From the human T2T-CHM13v2.0 reference genome, Homo sapiens, in assembly GCF_009914755.1 (NCBI RefSeq), contig NC_060942.1: a stretch of DNA of 64,000 bases. The stretch is one strand, 5' to 3'. The notes below the pieces were generated by a model. It ran no database searches. It was not told the origin of the DNA and saw only the letters and a program-made list of their open reading frames with translations. Of this stretch, positions 51,997-64,000 are shown in pieces; positions within the stretch are counted from its first letter, which is position 1, and every line of letters begins with the position of its first letter. A program made the position numbers and the translations under genes.

Positions 51997-54428
51997 CCTG
52001 TGTATGTGTATGTCTGCCTTCCCTTCTCAATCTGTCCCCTCTCATCAGAACAGAAGTTTCACGGTGGCAGACACTTTACCATTATTCGAAGCTCTATCCC
52101 CATCACTAAAAATGTATCAGGGACATAATAACTGCTGAATTAGTATTTGTTGAACGAAGGAGACAACCAAGTAGGAAAACTAAAATCTTAAAATAGCAAA
52201 CATTAACGGTCTAAAACTTCAAAGGCTTTCCATTCAACCAGCAAAGTATGTTATGTGTTTTGTCTCCTTTTTTGGTGCCTAAGTACAGTTCAAATATCTT
52301 TAATATTGCAGCAACTTAATTAAGGAGATTAAAGATGAAATTGAAATTGTATATCTCAGCAAGGATTTTAAGTTAACCCTGCAAATTTGTTTATGAGTTG
52401 CTTTACAAAAAACTCTGCATCCTATTTATTTCTTCATACTAAATAAAAGTTTACTAGCTTCCAGCTGTCATGAAAATATACTATGATATTTGAAAATTAT
52501 AAACTGTCATATAATGAGATCATCAACCTCAGAACTCCACATGATAGTGCAGGTAATCAATAAATTGTTTTTAAAAAATTATATTTTATAAATTTTATTT
52601 ATAAAGGGGCAGAAACAGTGTTGTAATATTTTTCCCCCAAACCAAGCACAGTATCTGGCCCACAACAGTGGCTTAATAAATATTTTATGTTTGAAAAAAA
52701 TCTTTTACTTGATTTTTTCTTATCAAACATATCATATATTTTGTAGAAGATTAAAAAATACAAATCAACAAGAAGAATAAAATGACTATCACTCTTCAAT
52801 CAGAGATAACCACTAATACCTGTGTCTGTGTGTACACACAAACATACACACATATGCTTGTATATTTTAATTTCATTGATTTTTAAAAGCACAGAAGCAT
52901 TATGACACATACTTTATACCCTTGTTTAAAGCCTCTTAACTTTATTAGCATTTTTTATTTCATGGGGCTATTATGGAGAACAAATGAGAAAAATCCATGT
53001 GTAGCATATAATACAGTGCCTTACACATAAAAAGAAATAGTGGAAGTAGTCAACAAATGTTAACTACTACTATTGAAATCATGCTGTTTTACAGTCTCTT
53101 TTATAGTCACTTAACAATGTATAATAAACATTTTTATGACATTAAACTTTATTCTACAATGTTATTTTAATAATTTTAGCATATTCCATTATATATAATT
53201 ATATTTTCATGGGTCAATCCTGTTGAGATTTACATTATTTCCTATTCACTGTTAAATCCATGCTTCAATAAAGATTCTTATAAATATATCTTTGCATACA
53301 TGTATGTTTGCTTATTTCCTTAAGATAGATTTTTAGAATTGTTTTATTTAAAAGATAATATGTACTATTTTAAAAAGCAAGTAGTATTATAAGGTTTTCA
53401 CTACTACTGCTAATGATATATGGTAATAATAATTAGCATAATAATTGTGTCTGGTAATAATCAGTAATAGTATTAATATTAGTAATACATTTGTATTGTT
53501 ATAAAATAATAAGCTTATATCCTTTCCTCCGATTCTCAGATGTTGTCCATAGGCAGTTATGTTCATATCCATCAGTAATATAATCTAAAGACATTTAAAA
53601 ACATTTTTTACCAGAAATAAAATGACTTCCTAATTGGAAACTAAGAAATCTGTTCTTTTAACCACTTTTTATGTTGCCATTTTTAATAAAGCAATATTAG
53701 TGTTTACAATGTAATTTTTGTTCACAGTAAATCCATGTACTATATAAAGATGTATTTCTATCATAAATATCTTTTAATATTCTTTGGGGTTTAGTTGTAC
53801 CTAATTACATTATTTTAGCTATCCATGGATGGATTGCCCACTACTTCCAAAGTCTTCAGCAGAACTGAAAACTTCCCTGAAAGCCTTTTGAATACTTCAG
53901 ATATTTTCCATTTTAGTTTCTCCTCAGAAAAATATTTTCTGGAGTCTTTGTTCCTTGGTAATTCCCTTGTGCAGAGTTACATTTTGGAATTTATTTGCCT
54001 TTTTGGTGTGCTCCAAATTCCTAAATGCCATGTCTTACTCTTTTTCTGTTTTCTTTTTTTTTCTTTTCTTATTTTTTTACTTGTGGCTCATATTACCTAG
54101 TTGATTCCTATAGATGGTAAGCTTTTTTGAGACACTGCATGTCTGATTTTTGTATTCTTTATCACACTTTATTGATACTGTGGCTTGATACGTAATCAAA
54201 CGTTAAAAATAAATTTGTTCTGAGAATGAAGGTGTTGCTTTATTGTCTTCTAGCTGTCACTAAAAATCACCATTCATTTTGATCTCTAGACATGAGTTCC
54301 CAATTTATCTTTCACTTTGAAAGCTGACCAAGAAGGCTTTAATGTTCCAGTCAGCTTGACTCAATTTTAGGCAGGTTTATTCCTGATTATAGACCTCTAA
54401 TCTTCTTTTTCTTAGAGTATTTACTTCA

Positions 54429-54782
<354 letters not shown>

Positions 54783-55010
54783 CTAAAACTCAGAAATACC
54801 TTTTTCAAGAACATAGGTAGGAGCCATCCCTTTGACATTTAATTATGAAGGAGATAGCCCCTCTATCTTCCAGTCACAGTGGGAAGACAGGAGTTTAACT
54901 CATGAGTGTCAATTTACAAACAGAGATAGCCTAATCACAACCTAAACCCACTCCCACTAAGTCCTTCAGTTCATTTCCATTAGCTCATCCCATAATTAGA
55001 AATCCTTAGA

Positions 55011-55129
55011 GGCTGGGCATGGTGGCTCACGCCTGTAATCCCAGTACTTTGGGAGGCCGAGGCAGGAGGATTGCTTGAGCCCAGGAGTTTCAAACCAGCC
55101 TAGGTAACATGCTGAGACACCATCTCTAC

Positions 55130-55160
<31 letters not shown>

Positions 55161-55357
55161 GGGCATGGTGGCACACTGGCATACGCCTGTAGTCCTAGCT
55201 ACCTGAAAGGCTGAGGTGAGAGGATCACTTGAACCCAGGAGGTCAAGGCTGCAGTGAACCATGATGGCACTCCTGCACCCCAGCCTGGGTGACAGAGCAA
55301 GACTCTGCTTCAAAAAAACTGAATGAATAAATGAATAAATAAAAGAAAAGAAAAAAA
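55011..55357 (+). mobile_element. AluJ with the linker expanded to a long pure A run
   Basis: GGAGGATTGCTTGAGCCCAGGAGTTT, A run at 55130-55157, GGAGGTCAAGGCTGCAGTGA. Confidence 0.9.
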
Positions 55358-55850
55358 GCCTCTTTACATTTTGTTTCAGTGGAATTGAGGTCAGTCTCTC
55401 CCCTCCAGTTGCAATAGTCTTGACTCCTACTACAACTATCTTGAATAAAGTCTTTCTCGCAGATTTTAACAGGCGTCCAGTGCAACATTTCTTTGATAAA
55501 GCTTCCTAATATCCATTTTGTCCCTGGTGTTCCGAAATTTATTATAATGTGCCCGGGTGTAATCTCCGGGACCTTTCAATAGAAATTTTTATTTCCTCCA
55601 ATTGTAGGAATTTTGATTTTTAAAGTCATTTATTTGAGAATCTGTTTCCCTCTGTTTTCTGTTGTTGTCTCTTTCTAAAGTTTGTATTATTAGCTCTTGA
55701 GTCTTCTAGCTCAATTGTTTTTATTTTTTTTGTAGTTTTTGAAGTATTTTCATGGATTTGGCTTTTAGTTTTACTTTTTGGGAAAATCCCTCAATTTAAA
55801 TTTCCAAATCTTTTAATGAATTTATTGAATGTATTGTTTCTATTGTTTTT

Positions 55851-56156
55851 CTTTCTTTCTTTTTTTTTTTTTTTGAAAGGGAGTTTTGCTCTGTCACCCA
55901 GGCTGAAGTGCAGTAGCACAATCTCAGCTCACTGCAACCTCCGCCTCCCAGATTCAAGCTATTCTCCTGTCTCAGCCTCCTGAGTAGCTGGGATTACAGG
56001 GGCCCTCCACCATGCTGGGCTAACTTTTGCATTTTCAGTAGAGACGGGGTGTCACTGTGTTGGCCAGGCTGGTCTTGGACTCCTGACACCAAGTGATCCA
56101 CCTGCCTCGGCCTCCCAAAGTGCCGGGATTACAGGCGTGAGCTACCCCTCCTGGCT
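55851..56156 (-). mobile_element. AluS (AluSz/Sx-like)
   Basis: Full reverse dimer with CAAGTGATCCACCTGCCTCGGCC and a poly(T) head. Confidence 0.92.
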
Positions 56157-56805
56157 TTTCTGTTAGTTTCCAAGATCACCTTCTTTTTCCTTGATTTTAA
56201 TGTTTTAGACAACATTTTCTTTTCCTTTCAAGGCTGCAATATCTGATTCTCCTATTTGATTAACACTATCATAGTAGGTTAATATTGTGTTGCTGGTTGT
56301 CATCAGTTTTTCTTCTGAATCCTGCATTCTATATTTGATTTTCCCCTATATATTTATTAGTATCTATTTTTCCTAATAGAAGACTTCCTCAAATGTCTGA
56401 TGGTCATTAAAAGTCACTTTTGTTTAAGAGTAAGACAAGTTGATTTGAAGGGCTATATGCATGTAATGGGGGGAGTATCAATTTTGCTGAACTTAATTGT
56501 AGTATAACTAGGTAGAAAATCCAGGAATTTAGCTGGAGGAGGCATTTAGTTCTGGTGGCCAGTCTCCCTAGTGAGAGGGGTAGGGGAAAGCTTTAATTAT
56601 CTTCCCAGGGAACAATAGAATAACTATGCCTATATGTTACTCTGAGAAAAAAGTTGAAGGGTTGAACAAAGAGTGATGGGCCTTATTTTTAAAATACGTA
56701 AGCTATTAGTTAATTTGTCTGGTTTTAGTAGTAAAGTACCCCTCCATTGCCCTCATCTGCGAATTATGTCTCCTGGTGCTCAGATTTTGTATTTTAATCG
56801 CTTTA

Positions 56806-57275
56806 TGTAACTGAATGCTGGTCCAGATGCTCACCACTTGCAGAGTTCAATTAACAAGAGTGAAGTCTGGGAGAAAGAAAGTGAATTTATTAACCAAAAC
56901 TAGTAAAGGGGAAGCAGCCGATTCGTCTCCAAAGTAAGTGGTTGAAGTCCACTTTGTCTTCAGGCTCATGCCATTGCAATAATGGCCAGGTTAATTAGCC
57001 GCCTTGAAGTAATCTCTGGAACTTTGCAGCTGGGTCTCTAGACTTGGTCTGTCTGTCTAAAGAGTAGCCCCTGGAACTTCTAAGAGTACCCAGACTAGCA
57101 TACGGTTAGATAAATGTGAAGGGAGTATACACAGTGAGAAAGGGAGAGATGTAGAGTCTATTTTAAGGCTAAGGGAAAACACTTCTGCAGTTTGCCTCAA
57201 GGTTATATCTTGACACCCAAGAGAAACGAAAAAAAGAGTTTAAAATGCATTTTGAAGTTAAGCTGCTCTGTTACA
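56806..57275 (-). mobile_element. ERV1 solo LTR (LTR36-like; subfamily uncertain)
   Basis: TGTAAC..GTTACA inverted termini. Perfect 4-bp TSD TTTA at 56802-56805 and 57276-57279. Reverse start TGTAACAGAGCAGCTTAACTTCAAAATGCATTTT. Confidence 0.75.
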
Positions 57276-57574
57276 TTTAGAATAAACCTCCCAACTTCTG
57301 TTAGAATAAAAGAGAACAAGTGACCTAGATTTAAGTTGAGAGAAGATATCTTGTTATCTAATGTAAAGCTTTTAACCAGCTACTAGTTATTAACTCAGTT
57401 CCCCTCTTTTAGGGGTACATGTTACCTCAAATTCATGAAACTGCTCATAACTGGCAGAAATGAGGTTGGTTCTCACTGCCTTACTCCTCCACAGGCTTCT
57501 GCTTCCTTTAGTATTCTAGGCTTCTTTCCACTTGCCTACTTTTTGTTTTCTAAGATATTGACTGCTCTTCCAGA

Positions 57575-57682
57575 TTTTCCCAGCTTCCCCTAACTTCTGT
57601 CTCACACAGACACTTCTCCTAATAAAATCCCTACAATGGAATCCCATCTTAGTGTCTGCCTCTTCAAGGAGGAAAAGTAACA
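57575..57682 (+). mobile_element. ERVL LTR 3'-end fragment (LTR33/LTR16-like)
   Basis: CTAATAAAATCCC..AATCCCATCTTAGTGTCTGCCTCTT..GAGG. Confidence 0.5.
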
Positions 57683-58159
57683 ATTTTATTGAGATATAAT
57701 TTATACACCATACAATTCATCCATTTAAAGAGTGCGATTCAGTGGTACTTAGTATATTCACAGTTATGCAATCATCACCATTATCAGTTTTAGATCATTA
57801 TAATCCCAAAAAGAAACCTGATACAATTTAGCTATCTTCTACCTTCATTCACTCAAGTAGAGGAAACCACTAATCTCTTTCTGTTTCTACAGATTTGCCA
57901 ATATATAACTGGCTTCTGTTGCTTAAAATAGTTTTCCAAGTTCATCTATGTAGTAGTATCAGTACTCATTTCTTTTTTTTACTGAATAATATTCCATTGT
58001 ATGAAATATATCTATTCATCAGTTTATCCATTCATCAGTTGATGGACATCTGGGGTGTTTCTAGCTTTTGGTTATTATGGTGTACAAGTTATTTTGTAGA
58101 TATACGTTTCATTTCTTTATATAGATATATCTATGTATGTATTTATATACACACTACAC

Positions 58160-58192
58160 AGACACACACACACACATACACACACACACACA
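58160..58192. repeat. (CA)n microsatellite
   Basis: Interrupted CA run seen directly. Confidence 0.9.
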
Positions 58193-59452
58193 TGTAAACA
58201 CATGCCCCTAAGAGTAGAATTGCAGGGTCCAATAGTCCTTGTATGTTTAACTTTTCTCAGTAACTGTCAGACTGTTTTCCAAAGTGATTATACATCACAT
58301 TACATTCCCACTAGCAGCATGTGGGGATATTTATTCTTCCATATCCGCTCCAACATTATTTATTATCTGTCTTTTTACTTATAGCCATACAAGTGGGTAT
58401 AAAGTGCTATCTGATTGTGGTTTTCATTTGCCTTTTGCTAGTACCTAATGATGAGCGTTTTTATGTACTTATTAGATATTTGCATATTTTCTTGAGAGAA
58501 ATGTCACTTAGATCTTTTGGTGATTTTTAAAAAGATCATTTTATTGGCTTTCTGAATTATTGAATTGTGAGAATCCTTCATATATTTGAGATACAACTCC
58601 CTTTTCAAATGTATGATTTGCAAAGATATTCTCTTATTGTGTGGGCTTTGGTCACGTTCTTAAGTGTCCATTGAAACACAATGTTTTAAATTTTGAATAC
58701 ATACCATTTATTTATTCTGCTTCTTTTGTTGCTTGTTCTTCTGGTATCATGCTTAAGAAACTATGGCCACATATAAGGTCATAAGGTTTTGCCTTTATAA
58801 GATGTTTTCTTCTAATAAATTGTATATTTTCACTCTTACATCTAGTTCTCTGAGTCATTTTGTGTTAACTTTTGTATACGGTAGAAGATATGGGTACAAC
58901 TTCCTTTTTTTGCTGGCAGGTATATAGTTGTCTCAGCATCTTTGTTGAAAAGACTATTCTTTCTTCATCCAAATATATTGGCAATCTTGTTGAAAATCAA
59001 TTTCCCATAAATGTGAGGGATAGTTTTGAACTCACAATTCTATTCCTTTGATTTGTGTCTACCTTTATGCCAGTGCCATGTCATATTGATTGCACTGGCT
59101 GTATAATAAGTTTGAAATCAGGAAGTGTGATTCCTATGACTTTGTTCTTTACAAAATTGTTTTGATTATTCAGTGTCCCATAAGTTTACATTTAAATTTT
59201 AGAATCAGCTTGTCATGTCTACAAAGAAGCCAGCTGGGATTTTCAGAATGATTTGTTTAATATATAGAACAATTCAAAGACTATTGTCATATTTACAGTA
59301 GTAAGTCTTTCAGCTCATAGAGAATGGTTTTTTATTTCTTTATATCCTTTTTAATTGCTTTCAACAATATATTGTTGTTTTCAGAGTATAAGTTTTGTAC
59401 CTGTCTTGTGAATTTTATTCCTAAGTGTTTATTATTTTTGGTGCAATTGTAA

Positions 59453-59874
<422 letters not shown>

Positions 59875-61166
59875 TGAACTTAATAGCTTTGATTTTTTAG
59901 TGGATTCTTTAAGATTTTCCATACATAAATTCATGTAGTCTGTAAATACAGATATTTTTACTTTTTAATTTCCAGTCCTGATAGCTTGTATTTCATTTGC
60001 TTGCCTAATTGTTCTGGCTAGAACCTAAGTATAGAATAGATGTGGTGAAAATATTCTTTTCTTATTCCTAATCTTAGGGGATATTAGAGTAAAACTAGCC
60101 TAATAGAATGAGTTGAGAAGCACTATCTTCTATTTTGTGGAAGACCATATGAAGAATTGCTATTAATTTTTGTTAAATGTTGGTAGAATCCACCAGTGAG
60201 ATCATGAATGCCTGAGGAGTTTTTGTTTGTTTTCTACTAATTCAATCTCCTTACTGGATTTTCCATTTCTTCTTTAGTCAGTTTTAGTAGTTTTTGTCTT
60301 TACAGGAGTTTGTTCATTTTGGCTAAGTTGACTAATGTATTGGCACATAATTGTCATAGCATTACTTTATAATCTTTTTTAAACCTTTTCTGTAGGGCTG
60401 GTAGTGATGTCCTATCTTTCATTTCTAATTTTAGTAATTTGAATCCTTCTTTTTGTATTTTTTTGCTCAGTCTAGCTAAAGCTTTGTCGATTTTGTTGAT
60501 CTTTACAAAGAATCTATTTTTGGTTTCATTTATATCTCTAATATTTTTCTATTTTACTAATTTTTGCCATATTTTAAGTTTTTTCTTTCTGTATTATGTT
60601 GGAATTTATTTGATCTTTTTTTCTCACTGTCTTAAGGTGAAAAGATATTAATTTGAAATGTATATTTTTAATATAGTTATTTATAGACCTAAATTTTCCT
60701 CTAAGCATTGCTCTATTGTTATAAGTTTTACTATATTGTGCATTTATTCCCTTTTATCTCATTTTTTTCTAACTACTTGCATATTATTTCCTTTGATCTA
60801 TTTTTCATTTAGGATTTTTTAACATTTCTACATATTTTTAAGTGTTCCAAAATTATTTCTGTTATTGCTTTCTGATTTCATTACATGTTAGTTAGAGAAC
60901 AGACTATGTGATGTTTACGTATTTTAAACTTTCTGAGACTGTAGTATAGTATATAGTCTATCTAGGAGAATGTTTCATGTAATCTTGAGAAGATGTCTAG
61001 TCTGCTGTTGTTAGGTAGACTGTTCTATAGATACCTGTTGGGTCTAAATTGGTCTATAGTACTGTCCAAATCTTTTTTCCCTCCTTGTTCTTCTGTCTAA
61101 TCATTCCACAAATATATGAGGTCTTCAGTCTTCTAACTATCATTATTGAATTATACAGTTTTCCTC

Positions 61167-61367
61167 TTACTTCTGCAAGTTTTGCTTCATGGATTTGGTC
61201 CTTACTTGTTGGATGCATATGTTTAAGCTTGTCATATTTTCCTGATGGGCTGACACTTTTATTATTATAAAATGTCCCTCTTTACTTCCAGTAACATTCT
61301 TTGTTCTAAAGTCTATTTTGTCTGATATGAGTATAACCACTTCAGTCTTATATTTTCTCTGTGACAA
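61167..61367 (-). pseudogene. Decayed LINE-1 ORF2 endonuclease-domain remnant
   Basis: Translation VVILISDKIDFRTKNVTGSKEGHFIIIKVSAHQENMTSLNI matches the L1 endonuclease motif VAILxSDKxDF..DKEGHYIM.KGSI.QE..TILNIY. The frame is only 66 aa, so it is non-functional. Confidence 0.88.
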
Positions 61368-63099
61368 CTTTTTTCTATCCTTTTAATTTTAATCTATTTA
61401 TATATTTGAATCTAAAATATGTCTCCTGTAGAAAAATATATAACTGGGTTTTGTTTTTATATCCAGTCTAAAAATGCATACATTTTTAATGGACTACTTA
61501 ATCTATTCATATTTATTATTATTATTAACATAGTGGAGTCAGCACCTGCCATATTACATGGGTATTATTTATGTCTCATTTTTATTTGTTCTTCTATAAC
61601 TTTTACACTGTTTCTTATGAATTGTCACTGTTAATCTTATTGGTGTTTTAAGTAATGAGTCACTTTTATCTTAAGGCTCTCAAGATTTGTCTTTGGTTTT
61701 ACACATTTTCACTATGGTATGTCTTTGTGTACATCTATTTATGTTATCCAGCGTGGAGTGTGATAAGACTCTTGGATGTGTAGATTAATGTTTTTTATTA
61801 TATATGAGAAGTTTTCAGCCATTGTTTTTTCAAAAATCTTTTTGCTTCTTTATCTCTTTCCCATCTTTCTGTACTCCAGTTATGCATTTCTTTATGCACT
61901 TAAACTTGTCCCACATTTCTCTTAGGCACTGTTCATTTTTCTTCATCGTTTTTATTTTCTATTCTTTTGATTGCATGATCTCTATAAATGTTCAATTTAC
62001 TAATATGTCCTCTTTCAATTCAGCTCCTCTAGTGTATTTTTTATTTCACTTGTTATACATTTAAACTTCAGAAATTCAATTTGATTCTTTTCAATAACTC
62101 CTATTGTTTAATGCTTTCCTGATGTGACATTGTCATCATAGTTTTGTCTTTTAGAATATTTTATTTTAGTATTTTGAGCATATTTAGTATTTAGTCACTC
62201 TCATAAGCAGCTTCCTTTACCTTTTATTTTTTTTCCTTATGTATAGGTCATATTTTTCTGTTTCTTTGCATTTCTTACAAATTTTTGTTGAAAACTAGAA
62301 ATTTTAGATAATATAGTGTAGTAATTCCAGGTACTTCCTCCACCCTAAGCTTGTTATTGTTATGTGCATGTTTATATGTTTCGTGAAAGGCTAGATTATT
62401 TTAGTTAAGTCTATTTCTCCTCAGTGTGAAGACTCTGACGAATAGGACTCTACCTCTTTCCTTGACAACACATACAATTAAGCTCCATTAATTGCTGGCC
62501 CATTTAATTTTTTTTTCAAGTGTGCCCTCAGGCACAATTTACTCCACAGCCTGCTCTAATTAAATGTGGGCTCCTTTGTATAGATAGCATTTGAGATTTG
62601 AGTTTCCGGTTTGCTTTGACACCAGGAGGGCGCTCTTGAGCTGTCTCTTTCCTGATTCACTTAGGTAAACTAGCTGCCCGTGGTTTGGTATATCACAATA
62701 AAACTACCAGTCTCCTCTCATTTCTTTCCACCAAATTCTCTATTGTTATTGACAGTTGCCTTAATCTTGAACTTACTCCACACTGTATAATGAAGTGAAT
62801 TTCTTTGAGAAGGGCTTCAGAGATCTTTGTTTTATTATATCTCTTTCCATTTGCACACACGAAGAAATCTGAATCAAGAGTCTGCAGCGGGGGCAGAGAT
62901 AATAGCATGCTTCTCTCCGAGTGACACCCTTGTCATAGGAGTGACTGCTGAGACGGGTTCTGTAGCCTCTAGCCTTCTCAACTTGCCTCTCCCAGGATAG
63001 AACCTTCACACTACAAATGTGTCAGGATGATGGCAGTGAGTCTCTAGTATTAGTGCACTACACCAGAAATACAGCCCTCACTCCATCAGAGCGCAGAGC

Positions 63100-63380
63100 A
63101 ATCCAATCCTTAATAAAGAAGTGAGGTAGGGAAGATTAGGCGTACGAATCCCAGCTAAAGAAGTTCAGTGAAGATAGAGTCTTGGAGCCAAAACTGGTTG
63201 TCAGAGAAGTTCCACGTCCCCTGATAAGGAGTCTGTCTTAGCATCCTGGGCATTCTAAGTCATTGACTAGGATTATGCCACGGGAAGCATGTTAGGTAAA
63301 ATTAAAAGATTGTTTTCAGAGGGCAGTAACTGAGGTCCTTAGCATTATAGTTATTTGGAGTTCTATGAGGTACATTCTTT
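63100..63380. mobile_element. Old ERVL-like LTR fragment
   Basis: GTTGTCAGAGAAGTTCCACGTC..AGTCATTGACTAGGA..GGGAAGCATG resembles ancient ERVL LTRs. Family not resolved. Confidence 0.4.
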
Positions 63381-64000
63381 TAAATTCACGCACACATACA
63401 ATCACACACAAAAACAATAACTTATAATCTTTTAAAGTTATGAAGATAATATATTCACACTTAAGTGTGATTATACCCCAAGGAGGCAATAAGAAATATA
63501 GAGGGAGATTTTGATGTTTTCTCTACTTTTGACATTTTATTTTGTGCATATATTTGAATTATATTTATATATTTTAAAAAAATCTCTGCATACACAACAT
63601 CACTTATTAGACATAATTTGTTCACAAGAAAACATACACAAAAATTAACAATTACCATTGTTCTATTGTTTGTGACTTACTTAAAAATGTATTTAATCAC
63701 TAATTTTCTATAAAGAACATATGCAATTTTTCTCATAATAAAATTAAATGTTTTAAATGATATATATTAATAAAGGTAATAATTGCCACTATAAATAAAT
63801 CTTCTTTTCATTATGACTTTCTGGTGATCTATTCTCCTTGACAGATTTTCTTTCCTGTTTGGATGTATATCCCAAGCCATCCATTTTCAAGTATAACTAT
63901 CTGTGTAGCAGGACATGTAAAGTAACCAATAGTTAGCCAAATTAAGTGCTGCCTCTACACATGCCAGTGAGAATGTGAACCCTTGGAAGGATGAAACATG

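Overview
This is AT-rich primate (human- or ape-like) non-coding genomic DNA. I find no credible protein-coding gene, tRNA, rRNA or CRISPR array. Nearly all listed ORFs are incidental frames in Alu, LTR, L1 or microsatellite sequence. The only recognisable protein motif is a decayed LINE-1 ORF2 endonuclease segment (61167-61367, - strand). The window is a layered record of transposon insertions: about 18 Alu/FRAM copies, a full-length THE1 MaLR provirus with a 5-bp TSD, about 15 other solo or partial LTRs in both orientations, old L1/L2/MIR fragments, and three DNA-transposon relics (MER75, Tigger3a, MADE1). Family names come from my recall of consensus sequences, not from a search, and need Dfam/RepeatMasker confirmation. 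The most notable items are: a ~100-bp local templated duplication inserted in a MER50 LTR, a near-perfect pre-miRNA-sized hairpin inside an old MIR, an internally duplicated Alu, AT-rich palindromes, a DUX4-type motif in one THE1 LTR, and a repeat-free, motif-rich block near 24 kb. I see no evidence of a new multi-gene biological system.
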